DNA from: Candidatus Woesebacteria bacterium
Lineage (GTDB): Bacteria; Patescibacteriota; Saccharimonadia; Saccharimonadales; EFPC-124
Direction: 5' to 3'
DNA: 64,000 nucleotides
Assembly: GCA_050115675.1 (NCBI GenBank)
Contig: JASFQB010000002.1
Span: 68,376 to 132,375, forward strand
The position numbers were made by a program, and so were the translations under genes. Below, piece by piece: positions 8,355 through 17,219 of the stretch. Numbering within the stretch: the first letter of the stretch is position 1; each line of letters opens with the position of its first letter. The notes below the pieces were generated by a model that ran no database searches, had not been told where the DNA came from, and saw nothing but the letters and a program-made list of their open reading frames with translations.

Positions 8355-8567
8355 ATGAATGAGAGCGATCAGGCGCGAAAAGCGCTGGGAGAAAAATTGC
8401 GCAAGGCCAGGGAGGCCGCTAAGCTTACGCAGCAAGAGGTTGCAACTGCCGCTGATGTGCATGTTAATTTTTATGCGCGTATTGAGCGGGGTGAAGAGAA
8501 TCCGTCGTTTGAGAAGTTGCAGTCAATCATGAAGGTTCTCAATATCCATTTCCTTCAGCTATTCTAA
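8355..8567 (+). CDS. XRE-family HTH regulator
   Basis: LGEKLRKAREAAKLTQQEVATAADVHVNFYARIERGEENPS. Confidence 0.75.
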   Translation: MNESDQARKALGEKLRKAREAAKLTQQEVATAADVHVNFYARIERGEENPSFEKLQSIMKVLNIHFLQLF

Positions 8568-8683
8568 GCCATGTTCTTTAGATTATTATTTAGGACATAG
8601 CATAAGCATGTTACTATAATAGTTACAGATATGCTTGATAAAAGAGTATTGAAAAATAAAATAAAAAATGTCATAATAAAACT

Positions 8684-8887
8684 ATGAATAATAACGCTTC
8701 GCTCGATGAACTAAAATCACGCTTCTATAAGGTGTATGCTAATGTACCCCTTAACCTGCGTAATGAGATAGTAACGGTGCTCGATAAAGAGCCTGTATCG
8801 TGGAGTGCGGCTTATATTGAAATCGAAACTAATAGCGCAAGAGCAGAACAAATACTGACTGAACTTGAAAAATTATCTATAATCTAG
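8684..8887 (+). CDS. Hypothetical small protein
   Basis: 67-aa ORF in an AT-rich segment, co-directional with the neighbouring genes; no motif. Confidence 0.4.
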   Translation: MNNNASLDELKSRFYKVYANVPLNLRNEIVTVLDKEPVSWSAAYIEIETNSARAEQILTELEKLSII

Positions 8888-8904
8888 ATAAACAGGAGGG
8901 TGAT

Positions 8905-9147
8905 ATGACGACTCAGACTTTAGGTCAGGAAGAACAGACTGTTGTGCTGGCGCAGCTTAAGGCGGCGAGCCCTCGCATAGAATTCTTTATTGGTACCGGT
9001 AATGACAAGAAATCCTACACCAAGCAGGAGATGGTCGAACATGTAGAGAGTTTAGATGAAGTGGGGAAAGAATTCATCAAAACACAGATGGAGCTTTTGA
9101 GGGCGTTCAAAACGGGTGAGTTTCAGCAGATCCTGATGGCGAACTAG
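8905..9147 (+). CDS. Hypothetical small protein
   Basis: 80-aa ORF with AGGAGG 8-13 nt upstream; no motif. Confidence 0.45.
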   Translation: MTTQTLGQEEQTVVLAQLKAASPRIEFFIGTGNDKKSYTKQEMVEHVESLDEVGKEFIKTQMELLRAFKTGEFQQILMAN

Positions 9148-9159
9148 CTATTAATCATT

Positions 9160-9819
9160 ATGAAGATTATTGTAGTCACGGCTCCTGATCACGATATAGT
9201 CACCGAGACTTTCTCAAAGCATATCAAGACGATTATGGCGTCTGCCGATACAACCTCCTTCGACATTACTGTCATTTCGAGCAATGATGCAAACATGGCA
9301 AATCTGGCGCAGGAAATTGACTCGAAAGATCCTCATCTAGTCTTCTTGAATGGCCATGGTTCACCAGATGCTTTGTGTGGCCAAAACAATGAAATCTTAA
9401 TATCGACTTCACATACCGACCTCGATAGGTATAAAGACAAAATCGTACACGCACTGGCCTGTGAAGCCGCCCTTAAACTTGGGCCGAAACTTATTGCGTT
9501 GGGAGCCAAAACATTTATTGGATACGTAGAGCCTTTCGGTTTTTGCATTAGCAAAGATGCGCGGGGTAATTATATAGACAACGGATTGTCTTCGCTCTTT
9601 ATTGACCCTGCTAACAAAGTAGTAACCTCCCTAATGGAGGGAAAAACAGCACGCGACTCATACAACGAGTCTCAACGCCATTGTGCGCAAAGCATGAAAG
9701 ATGTATATTCGAGCACCGATCCTGTGATTAGCCAAGACAGGTCACTTATCTTGGCGTTTCTACTTCGGAATTATAGATCACAAAGAGTGCTCGGCGATGA
9801 GGCCGCACAGCTGCCCTGA
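9160..9819 (+). CDS. Hypothetical protein with a caspase/CHAT-like His-Cys dyad pattern
   Basis: HLVFLNGHGSPD (His66, nt 9355-9357) and KIVHALACEAA (Cys101, nt 9460-9462), each after a hydrophobic strand as in clan CD peptidases. Fold not verified. Confidence 0.5.
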   Translation: MKIIVVTAPDHDIVTETFSKHIKTIMASADTTSFDITVISSNDANMANLAQEIDSKDPHLVFLNGHGSPDALCGQNNEILISTSHTDLDRYKDKIVHALACEAALKLGPKLIALGAKTFIGYVEPFGFCISKDARGNYIDNGLSSLFIDPANKVVTSLMEGKTARDSYNESQRHCAQSMKDVYSSTDPVISQDRSLILAFLLRNYRSQRVLGDEAAQLP

Positions 9820-11522
9820 CCTGTCTGATCTTCAAACCTATTCAGCCACCCCAAAAAGTGTTCGAAACAAAGTGCATCAAGTGCACCACGAACGAAATCA
9901 TTCGACTCCAAGAACCCATTCCAGGGTTCTTTTAGTTTGTACGTGACAGTTGACCCCTTAGCAAAGCTCTTCTCTCCTGGTGCAATAGTGAAGTTAGAGA
10001 AGAAAATTCTGAGCAATGCATCCATCTGCTTCATATCACGAATTTTGCCAAGAATAACAGGGGTAGTTTCGAAGAGTTTAAGATATTGTTCGAACGTTGG
10101 AATAGAAGCCTTGATATTGCCTCGTTGACCCATGGCCTTCTTGTAATCCTTCTTAATCTTTTCAATTGCTTTTGTGTAAGAGTCAAGGTCGTAGTGATTG
10201 GCTAGGCGTGGGTTGCTGACCACAAGCTCCTTTGTCTGAGAATAAGATTTTTCTTTATTGGCAATTTCAACTTTTAACTTTGCGATAGTGCTGTCGAACT
10301 CTTTTGTTTTTCTCACAGCTTCGTTTTCCGCTTGTTTCACGAAGGTAAAGTAATTACTTTCAGTTACAAATAAGAAGTGCTCGAAGAACTCCTGTGCGAC
10401 ATTAATAACGAGGTCCGCTCGTGCAGATTTATCATGCATTTCACACTCAGGTGTCTCGCACTTGTAGTAATAGCGAGCGTGGATGACCTCGTTAGTTTGT
10501 TTATCACGTTTAGGGATAAGCATTGAAGTGAGGGTTTTGTGGCATTTGTCGCAATATACCATGCCACGCAATAGGTCAGCCTTCGTACCTGATCGCGGTC
10601 TATGAATTGCGAGAACTTTTACCTTATCAAGGTCACTAATTTTGTTGATTTTGAGGAAATCATCGACGGATATCATAGGCTCGAAGTCGTACCTCTCAGC
10701 AAGATTGATAAAAGTCTTACCCCACCTGTGAACCCCTGCGTAGAGAGGGTCTCTTAGTAGTTTGGAGACATCGTCCTTGTCCCAGACGTGAGGAACATAT
10801 GCGCCACCTGAGCGTTTTTGAGCCGCATAGAATTGATTATTTATCCAAAGACGAATATCTTTCTGCGATTTGCCCTCAAGGGCCATAGAAAACATGTGCT
10901 TGATCTTTGTGAAGTTGCGAGGATCAGGTATGAGGTTTCGCTTCGCGTCAATAATGTATCCGTGTTTGAATTTGCCGATGAATTCGCCATCTTCGACTGC
11001 TCGCTTGTTGCCACGGTCTACTGACTCAGCGAGGTGCTCTGAGTATTGCTTTGCCATAACGAACGTAATGCCTAGAAGCATCTTTCCTGCTGGTGTGTTT
11101 TCAAAGGTAAATGTAGGGAACCGAAGGTCTTTGATGAGGCCTCTGTCAACAAGATCGATAATCGTACCTGCTTCCTTCATGTTGCGAGGAAGCCGGTCCG
11201 GGTGCCACGCAATGAGACCGTCAATACGGCCGTTTTCGATGTCATTTATGAGCCTGTTGAAATCCTCGCGCGTGTCTGCAACCTTCGCGGAAAAACTTTC
11301 CTCGTAAATCTCCACGACCTTGAGGTTGTCTGGCGTAGCAACTTTCTCCATACATTCCCGAATTTGGTCTTCTTTCGAGGAAGCCTGGCGGTCTTCACTG
11401 GTGGTTGATTTCCTCGCGTAAATCGCGTATCGAAGAGTGTCGGTGTCAACCTGAGTGGGCGGCTTTGGAAGGCCGGCGCGCAATAGCTCCAGTAGCTTCT
11501 GAGGATCATCGGAGTTAGACAT
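9771..11522 (-). CDS. Large serine recombinase
   Basis: YAIYARKSTTSEDRQ...EDQ catalytic region; WHPDRLPRN; Cys cluster CDKCHKTL...CETPEC; 583 aa. Its 3' end overlaps the convergent 219-aa gene by 49 nt. Confidence 0.85.
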   Translation of the reverse strand: MSNSDDPQKLLELLRAGLPKPPTQVDTDTLRYAIYARKSTTSEDRQASSKEDQIRECMEKVATPDNLKVVEIYEESFSAKVADTREDFNRLINDIENGRIDGLIAWHPDRLPRNMKEAGTIIDLVDRGLIKDLRFPTFTFENTPAGKMLLGITFVMAKQYSEHLAESVDRGNKRAVEDGEFIGKFKHGYIIDAKRNLIPDPRNFTKIKHMFSMALEGKSQKDIRLWINNQFYAAQKRSGGAYVPHVWDKDDVSKLLRDPLYAGVHRWGKTFINLAERYDFEPMISVDDFLKINKISDLDKVKVLAIHRPRSGTKADLLRGMVYCDKCHKTLTSMLIPKRDKQTNEVIHARYYYKCETPECEMHDKSARADLVINVAQEFFEHFLFVTESNYFTFVKQAENEAVRKTKEFDSTIAKLKVEIANKEKSYSQTKELVVSNPRLANHYDLDSYTKAIEKIKKDYKKAMGQRGNIKASIPTFEQYLKLFETTPVILGKIRDMKQMDALLRIFFSNFTIAPGEKSFAKGSTVTYKLKEPWNGFLESNDFVRGALDALCFEHFLGWLNRFEDQTGQGSCAASSPSTLCDL

Positions 11523-12123
11523 GTCTCCATTATATAACTTACTTATAGTTAGAGCTGCTTTAGGCTAAAGAATAATTTTCACGCCGTCCTTGATTAGGTA
11601 GGGCCTGGGCTGCGGTTCATCTTCAATATGCACCAGTAATATGCTGGCGAGTTGTAACAAATCTGTTTCAGTATCTTCGTTGCGAACCATACTTTGCCTA
11701 CCAATCTTCCCTGTATCCCACTAGGGATATGTAGTAGGCCGTGCGGCTGTGTAGACAAGGAAGTTGGAATAAGTCGACAAAATTTGTAAGGTTCTGGGAT
11801 GAGTCTACGCCTTAAAGTCTGTGCTGTAAAGCAGATTTTACAGGGGTACGAGCATAGTTGTGCTGGCATTTACACCTGTGTCCTTGAGCACCATATTTTC
11901 TTTTATTTTTTGTGAGCACGTACAGTCTGGGGTTAACTCAACCCCCCCTCACGCTCGTAGAAAATTAGCAGCAAAACCTATGTACAAGTACGTACGTAAT
12001 TTTCTGTAAAATTTTATAAAAATAATCTGTAAACACGAGGTGTGGGTACCCAATAAAGTACCGTACATGTTAAATAGTAAAATCCGGTGCCCTGGGGGTG
12101 TGGGGTTTTGAACATCACTTCGG

Positions 12124-12290
12124 TATAATGGGAGACAAGTGGCAATGCCACCAGGCCTAAACCAGCTCGCTGGCATGGTCGCCAAAAACTATCGCGAATA
12201 TAAAGCTCGTCGTCAGAGCCTATTTCGCGATAGTCGTAGCTGGAAACGGTTACGGGTGGCATCTATGCCATCGCTGGCGGCGAGCTTTTT
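12124..12290 (+). ncRNA. Candidate structured leader or small RNA upstream of the 72-aa membrane protein
   Basis: TATAAT 12124-12129. Hairpins: 12139-12151 (GTGGCA-A-TGCCAC), 12189-12198/12224-12233 (perfect 10 bp), 12257-12270 (TGGCAT-CT-ATGCCA). Long-range AGCTCGC 12164-12170 / GCGAGCT 12280-12286 followed by T5. No family recognised. Confidence 0.25.
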
Positions 12291-12327
12291 AGTTTGCTCC
12301 AGAGTACATTACGAAAGGAGCAAGACG

Positions 12328-12546
12328 ATGAAAAGCAAGTCAAAAACTATAAGATGGTACCTTGTGCTGGTAGTAGGTGCAACGGTTCTAGCGCTCTACT
12401 ATTTAGGCTATTCACTGTTTGGCGCAACAATTGAAGAGTGGTTCTGGGGATTTTTGTTGTTGTACGGAACTTTGGCGGGGGTCATAATAGCAATGCTCTA
12501 CCTGGGTGCCTTTATTTACGAGAGGGTGCGTCGCAAAAAGCACTAG
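12328..12546 (+). CDS. Small two-TM membrane protein
   Basis: AAGGAG 12315-12320 then ATG 12328. MKSKSKTIRWYLVLVVGATVLALYYLG...FLLLYGTLAGVIIAMLYLGAFIY..RRKKH. Its stop overlaps the stop of the convergent gene (ACTAGT). Confidence 0.5.
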   Translation: MKSKSKTIRWYLVLVVGATVLALYYLGYSLFGATIEEWFWGFLLLYGTLAGVIIAMLYLGAFIYERVRRKKH

Positions 12547-13727
12547 TCATTCGCCGACGGCCTACCGGAAAAGTACTCTTCTATGTGGGGATTATACCTG
12601 AAATACTCATACAGCAGCCCTTGAATTAATCCAAAATCTATAGCACCTTCCACCAGGAAAAGTTTGTGGCGAGTTCCAATTTTTGAACCAGGATCATTGC
12701 TTCTAACTACGCTATCAAGAATGCCCTCATACTCGGTGGTACTAAATGTCCTAACGGCTCCATCAATATGGCAGAAGTTCGCCGCTTTTTGGTCGTATAC
12801 AAAATGCGCAAACTTCTGGATACAGGACTTCTGTCCAAATCCAGGAGATTTTTTAGCAGGAAAGGTTGGATCAGATGCAGGGGCATATTCCTCAATCGTG
12901 AATTGCCTCAAGTTAGCATCCATCATACTTGTACGAAAAACAGTAAAACTCACCGGGTAAGTCATATCAAACTTATCGTCGCTACGATGAACCGTTACAA
13001 GCTCTTTTTTATTTTTACTTTCGAGTGTTGATTTGTCGAAAGGCTTGCCATACCAATGATCTGCCTCAAAGATATTCTGATAGTAGCGGGGATGAGTGCT
13101 GTGTCTTAGTGGGTCTATGCGGACCTTAACGTCTAAACCATCTTCTATACACTTACTTAGGATCACGAGTAGGTTAACGAAATTAGCACGAAAATAGCGC
13201 CTCATAAATTGATGGGGATAGATCATCTTGTCTTTCGCTAAAATGAGACCATGCTTCTTTAATTCAAAGGGTGAACCAGAAATCTTGACGAGCAAATTCT
13301 CATCGTAATCCAGTTCGAGATCATCAAGTAGACCAGTGTTACTCAATGACTCTATGTACCGATCAATGCTGGGCGTATGGTCCTCTAGCAGGATAGTTAC
13401 TAGCCACTTTGCAAAGGTTGCAGGATGAACTACTCCGCTGTCCTTGTCCTTGCAGAACCACAAAGCCACTTTCAGGCTTTCAAATTCATCACCATCGATA
13501 CCGCTCTCATCTTCGAGGTTCGTTTTATCAACCCACTGCTGAACAAGCTCAATCGCGGAATAGTAGTATTCGGTTAAAGTGTCACCTTCAATTCTTTTTC
13601 CTGAATAGAATTGCATGAGCGTCATAGGAAATAAATTACGGCTGGCGACGTAAGTGGCCAGGCTATCCAACGTTGCATTAAGCTCATGTGAGTCTTTGAG
13701 CGAATTATAGAGGTCCAATACTCTCAT
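12543..13727 (-). CDS. Hypothetical protein (394 aa, orphan), divergent from the HEPN/ATPase genes
   Basis: Long uninterrupted ORF with GGAG 4 nt before the ATG. No motif I recognise; lower G+C than the flanks. Confidence 0.6.
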   Translation of the reverse strand: MRVLDLYNSLKDSHELNATLDSLATYVASRNLFPMTLMQFYSGKRIEGDTLTEYYYSAIELVQQWVDKTNLEDESGIDGDEFESLKVALWFCKDKDSGVVHPATFAKWLVTILLEDHTPSIDRYIESLSNTGLLDDLELDYDENLLVKISGSPFELKKHGLILAKDKMIYPHQFMRRYFRANFVNLLVILSKCIEDGLDVKVRIDPLRHSTHPRYYQNIFEADHWYGKPFDKSTLESKNKKELVTVHRSDDKFDMTYPVSFTVFRTSMMDANLRQFTIEEYAPASDPTFPAKKSPGFGQKSCIQKFAHFVYDQKAANFCHIDGAVRTFSTTEYEGILDSVVRSNDPGSKIGTRHKLFLVEGAIDFGLIQGLLYEYFRYNPHIEEYFSGRPSAND

Positions 13728-13763
13728 ATCTCCATTTTACCTCTAGAGTGCTAAAATTGATTT

Positions 13764-14642
13764 ATGATTGGGGATATGTTGGTTGAAGTTGAAGTGTTGC
13801 CGCGAACGGGTGATCGGGTGGACACACTCGTAACCGTCGCTGGACCTGGCGAGACCAAGTATCAATTCCCCTTATCGATAACTGGAACAATTCAGGCTAT
13901 TTGGAACATCCAGGACGCTGAGATCGTAGATACACTCAAAGCTCTTGTATACGAGATGTTTTCATCAATAGTTGGTACTGCATCTGCACCACCGGAAAAT
14001 GGCTACTGGTTTGATAGCTACAACTCTGAACCGACTGTTAAAGCAACTCTTGATAGGATGAGGAATTTGGGGCAGGTGCCCTATCTCAAGAACCCAACAG
14101 CAAAGGATCAGATAAGCTCTATATACGGAGGTGGCATACTGAGTGAGCTTGAGCGAATTGACGGTCTATTCTTTGAGAAGACCGGCATGAAACTAGTAAG
14201 ACCCCTAGACTACACATTTGAGAGAAGCCAAGCAGAGCAAGATCTGGGAAGTCCGCCTACTAGCAATGCGGATTTCCTATATAGGATTTGTATTCTTTCA
14301 GTTATTATTGATGGATTTAATGCCAGAAAAGCTGATGAGAAAAAGGGTACGGGCAGTCTCAAAGCTCTCACGAACTGGCTTCAAGAGAGATATGGTCTTG
14401 AAAAAGCTCGTAGTATCACGGCAGTATTCGCAAGAGTAAAAGATCTGCGCAAACAATACCCTATTCATGAACACTTTATACCAGGTGCAGATGGCCAAAA
14501 GAAGATTAGGGATGAGGTTGAAGCTGCAAATGCATTTTTCAAATTCCGGGATCACGATGACTACGCGGCAAAGTGGAAAAATATAACGGATGCTTTTAAG
14601 TCGGCTATAGCTGAGCTAGAAAGTGTATCGAAGGAATTATAA
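13764..14642 (+). CDS. Hypothetical protein with a C-terminal HEPN-like Rx5H motif
   Basis: VKDLRKQYPIHEHF (R229-H235, nt 14448-14468) in a helical C-terminal region. First gene of a co-directional trio. The HEPN assignment is tentative. Confidence 0.55.
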   Translation: MIGDMLVEVEVLPRTGDRVDTLVTVAGPGETKYQFPLSITGTIQAIWNIQDAEIVDTLKALVYEMFSSIVGTASAPPENGYWFDSYNSEPTVKATLDRMRNLGQVPYLKNPTAKDQISSIYGGGILSELERIDGLFFEKTGMKLVRPLDYTFERSQAEQDLGSPPTSNADFLYRICILSVIIDGFNARKADEKKGTGSLKALTNWLQERYGLEKARSITAVFARVKDLRKQYPIHEHFIPGADGQKKIRDEVEAANAFFKFRDHDDYAAKWKNITDAFKSAIAELESVSKEL

Positions 14643-14644
14643 AA

Positions 14645-15556
14645 GTGTCTAAGTATAAAATCGAGCATAGGATCAGTACTCTGTCTGAGAATGCTGTTGG
14701 TGTAGCACAAGGGAACCCCTCATTTACTGCCGAAGATATAACGTTCACGCATTGGGAGTTCAATTATAGAGACGGATGGGTGGTTGATGCATGGCTTGCA
14801 GAATATGAGGTGGAGGCGGAGGATGCGAAACATGCTCTCTTTGAGTTTAAGAAGAGGCTCTACAAAGTCATACCAAGAGTTTCCTTAATTGGTCAGTCGT
14901 ATATTCAGTATCTTGTTCAGCCTTACCTAATTACGAAGCAAGGCTCTGATATCGCGTACTTTTACTACCCATTCGACGTGGGTCCTACTGGCCTAATGTT
15001 TCAAGAAGACGAGAAGAAGGCTCTCGACTTACTTATATCCAACGAGGATATTCCAGAAGAGTTTTTTCTGTATTGGAACGACGCTGTAAATACCACTGGC
15101 TATTCTTCGAAACTACTAATCATGTTCGCAGCGCTTGATGCGCTTATCAGAAAGCCGGACGGCACAAAAGATTATACACTTAGGTTGAGTATTCTCGGGC
15201 GAGAACTAAAGGATAAGATTTACGCCCAGACAACAGGACTTCGCAACAGACTAGTGCATGGCGAATACTTCTCAGAGGATGACACTGATAATTACATGGA
15301 ACTTGTACATAAAAAGATAGTGGCATATTTTAATGATGTTATTTTTCAGGAGAAGCTCATTGAAGAGAATGTAACTGGGCCTCAAAGACATTTCTTCAAC
15401 AACGATAATTTACTTAGGATGTTCATTAGTCAAAAAGACGAAGGGTGGCCGCTAGAATTGAAAGAGGTCATCAAGAACTGTGAGATTAAAGAGAACGATC
15501 ATTTTCCAAGTGATTACCAACCTGAACATGATAGTGAATTATCTAAACGTTTCTAA
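14645..15556 (+). CDS. HEPN domain protein (Apea/Abi-like type)
   Basis: Canonical Rx4H in TTGLRNRLVHGEYF (R200-H205, nt 15242-15259). GTG start 2 nt after the upstream stop. Confidence 0.65.
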   Translation: MSKYKIEHRISTLSENAVGVAQGNPSFTAEDITFTHWEFNYRDGWVVDAWLAEYEVEAEDAKHALFEFKKRLYKVIPRVSLIGQSYIQYLVQPYLITKQGSDIAYFYYPFDVGPTGLMFQEDEKKALDLLISNEDIPEEFFLYWNDAVNTTGYSSKLLIMFAALDALIRKPDGTKDYTLRLSILGRELKDKIYAQTTGLRNRLVHGEYFSEDDTDNYMELVHKKIVAYFNDVIFQEKLIEENVTGPQRHFFNNDNLLRMFISQKDEGWPLELKEVIKNCEIKENDHFPSDYQPEHDSELSKRF

Positions 15557-15669
15557 GGTGAGCCTCTATGGGTAGTTATGGTTCCCTAGCTTCTTGTAGC
15601 AGTACGGCATAGGTAAAATACTACTCTAGCAATCCGTTTCAGCACGGATTGCGGTACTATAGGTTCAGT

Positions 15670-17103
15670 ATGTTTATTAGTTCTGCAACAGTATCAAACT
15701 TTCGAGTATTCAAATCTGCCTTTACGTTGGGTGACGAGCATATTGCAATTCCCGACGGTACCAATGAGGGTTCCGGGCTAACTGTCATCGTGGGAGAGAA
15801 TGGCGTGGGGAAAAGCAGCATTCTGGAAGCTATGTCCATACCACTAGTCTCCTATAAAGCAGATGCCGTGAGCATGGTAGACTTCACCAACATTAAAGAG
15901 GCCATCGATATCACTCTGAGCTCCAGTAATCCTTTTTCCGTTAAAAAAACAATACGTGGCGATTTTCAAGCAAGTGGTTTCAAATATACCGCGAAAGTAC
16001 GTACGCAAAATTCTGCCCAATATGCAGTAGGTACGATTGTAAGCGACACTTACTTTATTCCCGCTGATGGTGAAAGCGGAGCACCGGCCGATGGTAGCCC
16101 TGATTTGCGTACGGCTGTGAATAACCCATTTGCTGGACCGAGGTTTAAGGAAAACGATTACGTATTCATCGATAAGAACCGTGTAAAAACCCTTGAGACG
16201 GGCACCTACTCGCAGACTCGGTTTGATCGATTATTGGATAATTTAAATTTCCAGTATTTAAAGGCATATGATAATGAGCCCTTAGATCTTCATACGGTGG
16301 TGAACGACGCAATTAATGCTGATGACGTTACTGTTACCAACGAGTCGCTCAACGAGGCCTTTGCCTATTTTAAGGTTATAACAGGATACGAGGTCCAACT
16401 GGGAATTGTCGATAACCACCAGCCTTATAAGAAGGCGTTTCTGGGTTTTAAGGATCTCGACCACTCTCAGATACCTATAGAACGAATAGGGAGTGGTTAT
16501 CAAATGTTTCTTGCGCTCATTTGTCAGCACAAAATAAGTGCAAATTCTGAAAAGAAACTAATAATATTCATCGATGAAGTTGAGCTAAATTTACATCCTA
16601 GATTGCAAAAATCGTTAGTTGACCTGCTACTCGAGATATCCAAAGACAGTCAGGTTATTATTACTTCTCATTCCCCCGAACTATTGAAAGATTTACAGAA
16701 AAATAAGCACCATAAGATTAATGCACTTGTACGAGAAGGTGACGGAATAACAATTAATCCAATAGAAAAGTTTGTACTTCCTATGCCGACTGTAAGTGAG
16801 ACAAACTATGTAGCATTTGGACTTGCATCGATGGAGTACTTCATAGAGCTATATAATCACTTTGGTGAAATAAACGAACAAGACAGCGTTGCTGGCATAG
16901 ACCAGGCTATTGGAGCTCCCGATGACGAAAAGATAGACTGGCAACGTGAAGATGGTAGTACCCAGAGACTGTCAAAGTATTCGTGTATAAGAAATAAGTT
17001 TCACCACCCAGCGAATAGACGAAATGACAGTATCATCGATATTAGTTATTCAGCAGTAGATGAAGCTATTCAGTTCCTAAGGGAAAAAATTCAGAACGAG
17101 TAG
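15670..17103 (+). CDS. ABC/SMC-like AAA ATPase (AAA_15/21, OLD-N-like) with a C-terminal RNxxxH (HEPN-like) tail
   Basis: MFISSATVSNFRVF; Walker A GENGVGKSS (15793-15816); Walker B LIIFIDEVELNLHP; ITSHSPELL. The tail has YSCIRNKFHHPAN (16990-17007). No Toprim or HNH seen. Confidence 0.8.
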   Translation: MFISSATVSNFRVFKSAFTLGDEHIAIPDGTNEGSGLTVIVGENGVGKSSILEAMSIPLVSYKADAVSMVDFTNIKEAIDITLSSSNPFSVKKTIRGDFQASGFKYTAKVRTQNSAQYAVGTIVSDTYFIPADGESGAPADGSPDLRTAVNNPFAGPRFKENDYVFIDKNRVKTLETGTYSQTRFDRLLDNLNFQYLKAYDNEPLDLHTVVNDAINADDVTVTNESLNEAFAYFKVITGYEVQLGIVDNHQPYKKAFLGFKDLDHSQIPIERIGSGYQMFLALICQHKISANSEKKLIIFIDEVELNLHPRLQKSLVDLLLEISKDSQVIITSHSPELLKDLQKNKHHKINALVREGDGITINPIEKFVLPMPTVSETNYVAFGLASMEYFIELYNHFGEINEQDSVAGIDQAIGAPDDEKIDWQREDGSTQRLSKYSCIRNKFHHPANRRNDSIIDISYSAVDEAIQFLREKIQNE

Positions 17104-17219
17104 TCGTCAATAAATAATTCTTTGCATATTCGTAGATGGAGCGGGAATACTATGATGACTTGTTAGCGAGTCATCGAATAGGGCGTTAAAAAGTTTAAGT
17201 AAATTCTGTTCTGTTGCAC

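Noticed and set aside
12108-12129. Full sigma70 promoter TTGAAC ... TATAAT upstream of the structured RNA
   Set aside because: The spacer is only 10 nt, so only the -10 box is credible. The transcription start remains unproven.
12139-12546. 135-aa ORF version of the small membrane protein gene starting at GTG 12139
   Set aside because: The first 63 codions lie over perfect hairpins and a T5 tract and give a compositionally odd peptide. A strong AAGGAG RBS precedes the internal ATG 12328, so I call only the 72-aa product and treat the rest as leader/RNA.
12543-13727. PLD (HxK) nuclease motif in the 394-aa orphan at TRHKLFLVEG
   Set aside because: The sequence is H-K, not H-x-K, and lacks the downstream GSxN. 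Treated as a chance resemblance.
15670-17103. OLD-family (ATPase + Toprim) or Gabija GajA-like nuclease assignment for the ATPase
   Set aside because: No Toprim-type acidic motifs (conserved E, DxD) are visible after the ATPase core. The C-terminal tail is only about 110 aa and instead carries RNKFHH.
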